DNA from: a virus
Taxonomy: Duplodnaviria; Caudoviricetes
DNA: 32,146 nucleotides
Virus record (IMG/VR): IMGVR_UViG_3300020045_004870
Coordinates: 1-32,146 of that record
Direction: 5' to 3' (one strand)
Below are positions 25,780 through 32,146 of this stretch, piece by piece. Each line of letters starts with the position of its first letter. Position 1 is the stretch's first letter. The notes beneath the pieces were generated by a model that worked only from the letters and a program-made list of their open reading frames with translations, was not told where the DNA came from and did not search any database. The position numbers and the translations under genes are program-made.

Positions 25780-26754
25780 TTACCATGTCAAGCTTTCTGC
25801 TGCCTTAGAAAGAAATGTTGGTGAAAATCGCGCATACACTCTCTCGGTGATTCGGCTGTCGGTATGCCCGAGGAACTGCGCGATCTGCGTCATCGGGATA
25901 TTTTCCTCCGCCATCCAGACTGCTGCGCTGTGCCGGAGCATGTGCGGAGTAGCTTGGATGCCAGACCGATCGCAGGCATTCCCGAACCCTTTTTTGACCG
26001 AGCCGACTTTTCCCCGGCCATGCTCGATCACGTAATCCGACATCGCGCCGTTTTTGGCTTCGGCCAGGATCTCGCGGATTTGAGCGTTCATCGTGACGAC
26101 GGCTCGGTATTTGCTGGTCTGCACGCGATCTCGCGGGTTGAGGTGGATCAAGCCGCGGTCGAAATCCACCCGGTCCCATGTCAGATCCAGCAAGGCGTTG
26201 CTCCGCGCCCCGGTCGCCACGGCCAGCGCCATAAACAGCTTGATGTGCGGCCGAGATGCGCCCTCTAGCAGCTTGCGGAAATCCACTTTCGATATGTGCG
26301 ATACCGTCGAGGGGGGAAGTTTCGGCATCTGAATGAAGGGTGCCTTGCCGATCAGCTTGTGTTTCTCTGCCCAGTTGAGCGCCGCGCGGATCACCGCCAG
26401 CTCATTGCGGACCGTGATGGCTCGGCAATGCGCGCGCCGGGTCCGGTAATCCTCGGACGTTTTGATATCCACACGCGCCACCGGGATCTTACCCCAGAAC
26501 GGCTCTGAGGCCTTCCATGCCACCTGAGCGCGTTTGATCGAGGCAATCCCCGCCTTTTCCTTCAAGTAAGCCGCCACAGCCTCCCCCACGGTGTGTGCGG
26601 CCCCATTCAGTGAGCGCCTTTGCCAGAACGTTCGCGCTGCGGCTTCGGCCGATGCCCTATCACTCGTTCCAAGCGAATGTCGGTGGCGTCGTCCATCCTC
26701 ATGCCAGACGATGGCAAGCTTGTCTCGGTATCGGGTGAGGGTATAGTCCGGCAT
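25780..26754 (-). CDS. int: tyrosine integrase
   Basis: TGAR, HMLRH, LGH, VY catalytic motifs; GGAG RBS before MPDYTL. Confidence 0.95.
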   Translation of the reverse strand: MPDYTLTRYRDKLAIVWHEDGRRHRHSLGTSDRASAEAAARTFWQRRSLNGAAHTVGEAVAAYLKEKAGIASIKRAQVAWKASEPFWGKIPVARVDIKTSEDYRTRRAHCRAITVRNELAVIRAALNWAEKHKLIGKAPFIQMPKLPPSTVSHISKVDFRKLLEGASRPHIKLFMALAVATGARSNALLDLTWDRVDFDRGLIHLNPRDRVQTSKYRAVVTMNAQIREILAEAKNGAMSDYVIEHGRGKVGSVKKGFGNACDRSGIQATPHMLRHSAAVWMAEENIPMTQIAQFLGHTDSRITERVYARFSPTFLSKAAESLTW

Positions 26755-26918
26755 TCGTAGCGCTCCACTTCGTCGGCGCGGATTCTTATAAGCTTCCCGC
26801 CCAGCTTGAAATGGCGCAGATCGCCGCTTCGGATAAGGCTGTAAATGGTATCGGTGGCGCATCCCCAGTGGTCAGATAGGGACGCAACATCGTACACGGT
26901 TCGGACGCTCGCGCTCAT
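26607..26918 (-). CDS. xis: excisionase-type HTH protein
   Basis: YDVASLSDHWGCATDTIYSLIRSGDL..KLGGKLIRI..EVERY; overlaps the int start. Confidence 0.8.
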   Translation of the reverse strand: MSASVRTVYDVASLSDHWGCATDTIYSLIRSGDLRHFKLGGKLIRIRADEVERYECRTIPSPDTETSLPSSGMRMDDATDIRLERVIGHRPKPQRERSGKGAH

Positions 26919-27316
26919 ACTGAGCCCTCTTGTGCTGCTCGGGCTTGGAGGGCGGCGGCGCAAAGGGCGAGGGGCGCAGTGTCAGCGACCACCCGTTTGA
27001 AGCGGATACACTCCGGCCCGTCCACCATATAGCCGATGTCCGCCCGAAAACGGCTGGGGTCTTCACCTTCTCCATCACTGCCGACTCGCCAGAAGTCGTT
27101 AGTCCAGACCAACAGCAATGCCGCGTCGAGCGATGTGGTTAGAGATGGTATCTCGGATGCTTGTTCGCCGGCCGGGTTGTACACATAAAGGCCGTCGCCA
27201 CTCCAACCAAGGGCCCGCAGGATGTCCGCGTTGAGGCGGCCAACCTCAATGACATCCTGCCCGGTCGCGACTTCGCACCGATCCGCCAGTGCAAGCAGCT
27301 CCTGTGATGTGGTCAT
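26915..27316 (-). CDS. hypothetical phage protein
   Basis: ATGA overlaps; PSLTTSLDAALLLV..TAPLALCAAAL. Confidence 0.75.
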   Translation of the reverse strand: MTTSQELLALADRCEVATGQDVIEVGRLNADILRALGWSGDGLYVYNPAGEQASEIPSLTTSLDAALLLVWTNDFWRVGSDGEGEDPSRFRADIGYMVDGPECIRFKRVVADTAPLALCAAALQARAAQEGSV

Positions 27317-27549
27317 GAGGGAGTGTCCTGCTTGAGGGAGTAGTCGATCTCCGCTTGGGTCGGCTCCTGTCTAGGGTCCTGATAGTGCGGCTTGTGGGCA
27401 CGGCAGACCTGCTGCGGCTGCAATATTTTCGGATGCGCGCGAGGCAGTTTCACTTGGCAGACTGGGCATGGAACGCCGAAGCCGCCCCGCATTGCTGCCC
27501 GGAACTGTTTAAGCGCGCGAAAATCATCGATTGCGTCGCCCATCATCAT
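27313..27549 (-). CDS. small Zn-finger-like protein
   Basis: CPVC..CRAH; AAGGA before ATG ATG ATG (exact start uncertain). Confidence 0.65.
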   Translation of the reverse strand: MMMGDAIDDFRALKQFRAAMRGGFGVPCPVCQVKLPRAHPKILQPQQVCRAHKPHYQDPRQEPTQAEIDYSLKQDTPS

Positions 27550-27594
27550 TATCCTTATCCCTCCTCGCATAGGGGTATGCGGGGATGTTGAAAC

Positions 27595-27990
27595 TTAGGC
27601 GGCCTTGCGTTCCACCGGTTCGGACCAGCGCACTTCATGGCGCGCGCCGTATTCGTGGATGGTCTCGATCAGATCCGACATCTCGGCTTTGCTGAGCGCT
27701 GAGCTGCTAAACCCAATCGGGAACGGGCGACCATCAAGGCCCATCTCGAATTGCACCGCGTGGCCGCATGCTGCCATGAACAGGCACTTCCACGTTTCAG
27801 CGGTGTGCGTTCGCCCTTCCGGCTTGGCGCGCGAGATGTCCGATATCATAGCCCAGAGCTTCGCGTTCTGGTCGCTGCTGCGGGTTGCCTCGCGGATGTT
27901 CAGCACCGCGCCGACGGGCGCCTTATCGATCAGCAGTTTGGCAAAATCTCGCTGGCGGTGGCCGACAAGCCGGACAGTTTGGCCCTTCAT
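27595..27990 (-). CDS. ninB: NinB/Orf family recombination protein
   Basis: RSSDQNAKLWAMISDIS..WKCLF..SSSALSKAEMSDLIETIHEYGA. Confidence 0.85.
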   Translation of the reverse strand: MKGQTVRLVGHRQRDFAKLLIDKAPVGAVLNIREATRSSDQNAKLWAMISDISRAKPEGRTHTAETWKCLFMAACGHAVQFEMGLDGRPFPIGFSSSALSKAEMSDLIETIHEYGARHEVRWSEPVERKAA

Positions 27991-28304
27991 ATCCCGCTCT
28001 CCCAAAGTTGCTTGGCGCGTTCGAGTAGGTCGATCCCGTAAGCGTCGGTGAAGCCTGCGTGGCCCAGCGCCTCGACGCTCTCAAGCGATCCGAACTGAAT
28101 CATATGATGCCGGGGGCAGAGCGGCACGATCCGCTCGTGCGTGCGCGTCAGCCGTTGGTAACCGTCGCTGGTGACGTGATGGACGGTGGACGGACTTTCA
28201 CAGACGAGACACGGCATAGCGGCCACTCGCGTCAGGTGCCGCCGTTCGGCTGCAGTGGGCGCCTTGCGACGTGCCACCTTCATCGGCTTGTGGCGCTGGA
28301 GCAT
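27987..28304 (-). CDS. Ref/DUF968-like HNH-type nuclease
   Basis: RVAAMPCLVC..VHHV..VPLCPRHH; TGATG overlap. Confidence 0.75.
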   Translation of the reverse strand: MLQRHKPMKVARRKAPTAAERRHLTRVAAMPCLVCESPSTVHHVTSDGYQRLTRTHERIVPLCPRHHMIQFGSLESVEALGHAGFTDAYGIDLLERAKQLWESGI

Positions 28305-28468
28305 CAGCCCAACCTCGCCCGAACACGCGTTGCAGTTCGAATCGGGAGCCCCGCCTTGCGAGCCGCATCCTTGAAGCTGCGCGCGTATGTCATCGCCTCC
28401 GCCAGCCGGCGCGCCTTCTCGTCCGCTGCTGCACTTCGAGCGCGGTTCGGGATAGTCCAGCCGCTCAT
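28304..28468 (-). CDS. small HTH-like protein
   Basis: ATGA overlap; SFKDAARKAGLPIRTATRVR. Confidence 0.6.
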   Translation of the reverse strand: MSGWTIPNRARSAAADEKARRLAEAMTYARSFKDAARKAGLPIRTATRVRARLG

Positions 28469-29304
28469 AGCGCACCTGCTGCTTCTGCCATCTCTAGCAT
28501 AGATGCTCGCTGTGAAATTTCTTTCTCCAGTCCAAGGAAGTCGGCCCCATCGCCCTTCCACATGAACTCGGATTCCGCTTCGACCTGCTCGACCAGCGCG
28601 ATTGCGTCGGGGGTCGCGAGAAATTCGGCGAGCATGAAGCTGTCGGCGCAACCGTGAAGCTCCGAGACAAAGGCCCCGCACGCGATCCGAAGGGCTGCGC
28701 GGGTCTTTATCGGTCCCTGTAGGGGAGGCTTCCGGTTGGTCTGCGCCTGTTCGGGTTGATGCTCGATGGTCTGCACATCCTGCACACGCTCATCGCGCTG
28801 CGGGCGTTCGACCATAAAGTCTTCCTCGGCGTGAAGATCGCCCTTGTGCCAAAGGTCCAGCGCAGCACCGAAACGCATCGCCGCGTTGCGCAGCGCGTCG
28901 CCGATGATCTCCTTCACCGCGTCGCCGCCTGCCTTGCCGTCCGCAGCGCCGTAGCCGAGCCGCGTTACGCCATTGACCGTGAGCTTGATCCAGAGACCGC
29001 CGTTGCGATCGAATGCGGGCAGACCGTCTGCCGTCAACGCGGCAGGCTCCCAAGACCAAGCCGGATCGGTATCCAGCAGGCGGTCCGTGAGCGCGGCATG
29101 GCCGACGTAATCGAGGTGCACGGCGTTCTTGTGGTGGGCGTTCCCGCATTCGGGGCATTTCCACACCATCAGGTTCTTGTCGCTCTTGCGCGCGTCGATC
29201 TGTGCCTTGGTCTCCTTCGGCAGCTTGCTGATCTGGTTAGGCGGGAAAGGTGCGCGCAGACCGGTGAGCGGCTGGGCTCGTTCAACAACGGTGATCGCGT
29301 TCAT
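28465..29304 (-). CDS. Rad52/Sak-like single-strand annealing protein
   Basis: LDYVGHAALTDRL..WSWE..LTVNGVTRLGYG..KEIIGDALRNAAMRFG; Zn-ribbon insert CPEC..HH; GAGGA RBS. Confidence 0.75.
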   Translation of the reverse strand: MNAITVVERAQPLTGLRAPFPPNQISKLPKETKAQIDARKSDKNLMVWKCPECGNAHHKNAVHLDYVGHAALTDRLLDTDPAWSWEPAALTADGLPAFDRNGGLWIKLTVNGVTRLGYGAADGKAGGDAVKEIIGDALRNAAMRFGAALDLWHKGDLHAEEDFMVERPQRDERVQDVQTIEHQPEQAQTNRKPPLQGPIKTRAALRIACGAFVSELHGCADSFMLAEFLATPDAIALVEQVEAESEFMWKGDGADFLGLEKEISQRASMLEMAEAAGAL

Positions 29305-29305
29305 G

Positions 29306-29572
29306 TCAAAAGTCCTCAAGAAGATGGGTGGGGATGCGCGGGCGGTCAGCGAAAGCTAGCATCGCCTTCCACGCAGCGCGCATCGTGAGGGTGTCGCTTT
29401 CCTCGGACGTATATGGGTCACGCTGCAGGCGGCGGCAGAGAAAATCCCAGGCCTCACGCGAGGGATTGAAGCCCGAAGGGGCGAGACCGTCAGGGCTCGA
29501 CGGCGAAGCGCGAAAGCCCGGTGCCGGCACGGCACGCGCCAAAGTCCCGAAGCAAGCCCTAGACCTAGCCAT
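29306..29572 (-). CDS. hypothetical protein, MARSRACFGTLAR N-terminus (copy 2)
   Basis: Start lies within the 41-bp repeat; ends 1 bp before the annealase ATG. Confidence 0.6.
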   Translation of the reverse strand: MARSRACFGTLARAVPAPGFRASPSSPDGLAPSGFNPSREAWDFLCRRLQRDPYTSEESDTLTMRAAWKAMLAFADRPRIPTHLLEDF

Positions 29573-29575
29573 ATC
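29535..29575. repeat. 41-bp direct repeat, copy 1
   Basis: 40/41 identical to 32106-32146. Confidence 0.95.
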
Positions 29576-29598
29576 CTTAACGGTATTGGGGAGGGGGG

Positions 29599-29928
29599 TT
29601 AGCATGCGTAACCGCGCGCTTTGGCGGCTGCTTCGCGCAGTTTGGCGACTACCTCGTCCTGAGTACGCGAATACGCGTCGTTATAATTTTGAATCGAGTG
29701 ACTACGGATTACCTTACCCAAAGAAAGTACTGCCTCGCGTACCTCATTCTCCTTCGAAGTGGCCCTATGAATTGCCCCGATTGCGCAAAAACAGACGGCC
29801 CCCGGGTCGTTAACGCCAACCCACGCCCCCCGCCAATCCCTAGCTGAGGCGTGTTGCGTCCAAGCGCCTTCCGGCTCGATCAGATCGGCAGCGCGTTCCA
29901 GAATCTCTGCAACAGTCAAATCAACCAC
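29599..29928 (-). CDS. hypothetical phage protein (DUF6197-like)
   Basis: ILERAADLI..WTQ..CFCAIGAI..YND..RTQDEVVAKL; GAGGAG RBS before GTG. Confidence 0.7.
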   Translation of the reverse strand: MVDLTVAEILERAADLIEPEGAWTQHASARDWRGAWVGVNDPGAVCFCAIGAIHRATSKENEVREAVLSLGKVIRSHSIQNYNDAYSRTQDEVVAKLREAAAKARGYAC

Positions 29929-30157
29929 GTGCCATCTCCTCTTCCCGGCAAAGAGCATGCATTGCATCCACCTCTGCGGTTATCTGATTGATCCGATCCC
30001 GATCTCGACGGGCAAAAGCTGCTTCGATAGACGCCACCGAACAGGCGCAATGCTCAGACCAGCACTTGCTGCACACAGGGCAACCAAACTCAGTGTTGGC
30101 TGTGACCGTAACTGGTGGAACATCGATCAGCTTGCGGGGGAAATGGTGGAGGCTCAT
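29921..30157 (-). CDS. small Cys-rich protein
   Basis: ATGA overlap; CPVCSKC..HCAC. Confidence 0.6.
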   Translation of the reverse strand: MSLHHFPRKLIDVPPVTVTANTEFGCPVCSKCWSEHCACSVASIEAAFARRDRDRINQITAEVDAMHALCREEEMARG

Positions 30158-31161
30158 GCTTCACCTGCCGCAAGTTCACGGCCGCGCCTGATGCCGACGA
30201 GGGGGCCTAACACCCAATAATTATTGTCGTAATCTCCCAAGCGAATTGCTTGGGATTTGCTGGGGGCTTCCCTAGCTGCTATTTCGCGCGCCTCGATCAA
30301 GTCCGGATCTACAGGCTCGGGCAGGAGGGCAAGGATTGCGCGCGCTTGGCTGTGGTGCACCCATTCGTTTGAAACCAGGGATGCTGCCATGGCTCGCACC
30401 AGAGCTATGAAGGCAAGCCGCAGTTCGACGTGCGGGTGAACGAAGTCGAGTTCATGTCGAAGGCCGAGGGTGGCGCGAGCGAGGGGGCTCCTAACCGGGG
30501 CAACGTCGCTGCGAAGGCTCCAGCGTATGATGACCTTGACGAAGATTCCGTGCCCTTCTGATGGCAAGCGCCGCAGTTCGCCGACAGTGAATTCCTTGAG
30601 GGATGCTTTGCCGAATTCTTTGCACAACTCGGCGACGCCAACGGACTTTTCAGCATGGCCGATCAGCCATTCGCGCTGGGTGTCATTGATCTTGGCGGTT
30701 GGGTCTGGAGCAGGCTTGGCTGCCGCCTCCTTCGCCGCGAATTCCTTCGTTACGGCAGCAACGTATTTCTGGTCATCAAAGAGACCGAGGAACACGTCTG
30801 CATTAAAGCCGAGATGCGAAAGGAGTTTGGTGATTGCGTCCGTGGTTGCCTTTTTGGGTGCGTCGCTATCGACAAACCCCTTGGAGTTTTTCCACTCCTC
30901 ACAACCGAACATCGGGCCAAATGTCTTATTGCGGTCCCCATCGTACCAGAGGGTGACCGGCACAATCATCAGCGTCTCTTGGAAAATGGGATCTCCGCAG
31001 ACGTAACCCCAGCCCTCGCCAACCGGCCCGAACACCTCTGTCGCGCGCATGATTTGATAGTTGGCGCTGATCGCCGTGAAGCCGCCGCGCTGGGTGACAT
31101 GCTTCGTATGGGCTGGGTTGGTCTTCTCGACCTGCTTCCAGATGCGCATTGCGTCGGTCAT
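30154..31161 (-). CDS. second putative Rad52-like annealase with chimeric C-terminus
   Basis: YQIMRATEVFGPVGEGWG..DAPKKATTDAITKLLSHLGFNADVFLG; about aa 195-255 is the antisense of an ssb fragment. Confidence 0.65.
   Translation of the reverse strand: MTDAMRIWKQVEKTNPAHTKHVTQRGGFTAISANYQIMRATEVFGPVGEGWGYVCGDPIFQETLMIVPVTLWYDGDRNKTFGPMFGCEEWKNSKGFVDSDAPKKATTDAITKLLSHLGFNADVFLGLFDDQKYVAAVTKEFAAKEAAAKPAPDPTAKINDTQREWLIGHAEKSVGVAELCKEFGKASLKEFTVGELRRLPSEGHGIFVKVIIRWSLRSDVAPVRSPLARATLGLRHELDFVHPHVELRLAFIALVRAMAASLVSNEWVHHSQARAILALLPEPVDPDLIEAREIAAREAPSKSQAIRLGDYDNNYWVLGPLVGIRRGRELAAGEA
30400..30561 (+). pseudogene. ssb: inverted 3' fragment of a single-stranded DNA-binding protein gene
   Basis: QSYEGKPQFDVRVNEVEFMSKAEGG...AYDDLDEDSVPF*: last OB-fold strand, Gly/Pro linker and acidic PF tail; in-frame stop upstream at 30370. 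Confidence 0.8.
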
Positions 31162-31907
31162 CGTGCAACCTTCTCTTCGGTAATCGTGAAGCCTGGGATG
31201 GAGCGGGCACCAGCGCGGACGTCATGCTCTGCCTGTTTGAGGAGCCACATTTTCAGGGCTGCTGGCTGGCGCTCCCGGTAGTGCTTGAGCGCTTCGACAG
31301 GGTTCACCAGCGCGGGCGTCAATACGGAGCGCAGGCCAATCGAGCGCGATCCGCCGCCAGCAAAAGCCTTCTGCTTGCCCGCCTTGGCTGCCTGCCGCTC
31401 GAAAGCGTCGAACTCCTTCAACGCCTGCTCGGCTTGCTCGCGGGCTGCTAGGTCCGTCACATCGGCCGCACGGATGGCGGCTTGAGCGACAGCGGCGGCT
31501 TCGTCTGCAATCCGGCGTTTCTCCGCAGCAATGGCATCTAGGCGCGCTTGCTCGGCAGCTAGGAACGGGGCCAGCGCCTTGTTGGCTGTCTGGATGATCA
31601 GGCGGCACTTGCCCGTCTTCTCGTCCACCAGCGGACGCCACGCATCCATGATAGCCTTCTTCGCTTCGTCCAGCGGCTTGGTCTCGGTGACGCGCGCTGC
31701 GTTCCCGTCCTTCTCCGCTTTGCGAGCTGCGTCGATCAGCGCGCCGACAGCGTCGGCCTGCCCCTGGGTGGTGATCTCCTCGCCATCAAGGAAGTTGACA
31801 GCCTCCGCGAACAGATCGCCGATATGTGCTTCCATAGCCTCCAACGGCGTCGGGGGCGGATTGTTGCCCCCGATCACCGCGCGGGGATTGTCCAGAACGT
31901 CGCTCAT
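31158..31907 (-). CDS. coiled-coil protein of the recombination module (Gam/Gp157-like)
   Basis: IGGNNPP N-terminus, long coiled coil, C-terminal IPGFTITEE; immediately upstream of the annealase. Confidence 0.65.
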   Translation of the reverse strand: MSDVLDNPRAVIGGNNPPPTPLEAMEAHIGDLFAEAVNFLDGEEITTQGQADAVGALIDAARKAEKDGNAARVTETKPLDEAKKAIMDAWRPLVDEKTGKCRLIIQTANKALAPFLAAEQARLDAIAAEKRRIADEAAAVAQAAIRAADVTDLAAREQAEQALKEFDAFERQAAKAGKQKAFAGGGSRSIGLRSVLTPALVNPVEALKHYRERQPAALKMWLLKQAEHDVRAGARSIPGFTITEEKVAR

Positions 31908-32143
31908 GCTGCAATCCTCGATAGGTCAGCCTGCATCGCGCGCCATTCCCGGCACTCAGCGATTACGCGGCGGAGGTAGTCATTTGCCCACTTGCGCTGG
32001 TTGCGCTCATACTGATCGGGCCACCGCGACATCATGCGGAAGTAGCGAACCACATCGGGCATGGTGCGGCCCATGTAGGTGTAGTCGCGGGCAGGCATCG
32101 CAGGGCGCGCCAAAGTCCCGAAACAAGCCCTAGACCTAGCCAT
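31904..32143 (-). CDS. hypothetical protein, MARSRACFGTLAR N-terminus (copy 1)
   Basis: Start within the repeat; ATGA overlap with the next gene. Confidence 0.65.
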   Translation of the reverse strand: MARSRACFGTLARPAMPARDYTYMGRTMPDVVRYFRMMSRWPDQYERNQRKWANDYLRRVIAECREWRAMQADLSRIAA

Positions 32144-32146
32144 ATC
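32106..32146. repeat. 41-bp direct repeat, copy 2 (may extend beyond the window)
   Basis: 40/41 identical to 29535-29575. Confidence 0.95.

Noticed and set aside
25568-26035. + strand ORFs across attP (also 24976-25575)
   Set aside because: Overlap attP, the terminator and opposite-strand genes; no RBS or motifs
29535-32146. Diversity-generating retroelement TR/VR pair or terminal repeat
   Set aside because: Only one mismatch, no reverse transcriptase in the window, and one copy is internal

Overview
Part of a GC-rich temperate podovirus-like phage genome with P22-like tail and ejection genes. The host is probably an Alphaproteobacterium (inferred from promoter style and gene content, not verified). 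The + strand (1-20161) is the late region: portal C-terminus, GroES-like co-chaperonin, scaffold, capsid genes, SGNH-esterase fibre, adaptor, nozzle, needle, 2OG-Fe(II) hydroxylase plus GNAT, three ejection proteins, tailspike and lysis cassette. The - strand (20472-32146) carries early/accessory genes, a DNA adenine methylase, a SleB-type hydrolase, an intact attP (3' half of a tRNA-Arg(CCU)), integrase/excisionase, NinB, a Ref-like nuclease and two Rad52-like annealases. The most interesting signal is a candidate arginine-codon control circuit. A phage tRNA-Arg(UCU) is preceded by a promoter and a leaderless MKILRRRR mini-ORF, attP targets the AGG-decoding tRNA, and three early genes start ATG-GCT-AGG. 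A tRNA-like RNA in a long stem lies divergent to the tRNA. Other oddities are an inverted ssb fragment inside an annealase gene, a 41-bp repeat heading two recombination modules, and a recurring linker motif in mosaic genes. All product names come from motif recognition by eye; no database searches were run.
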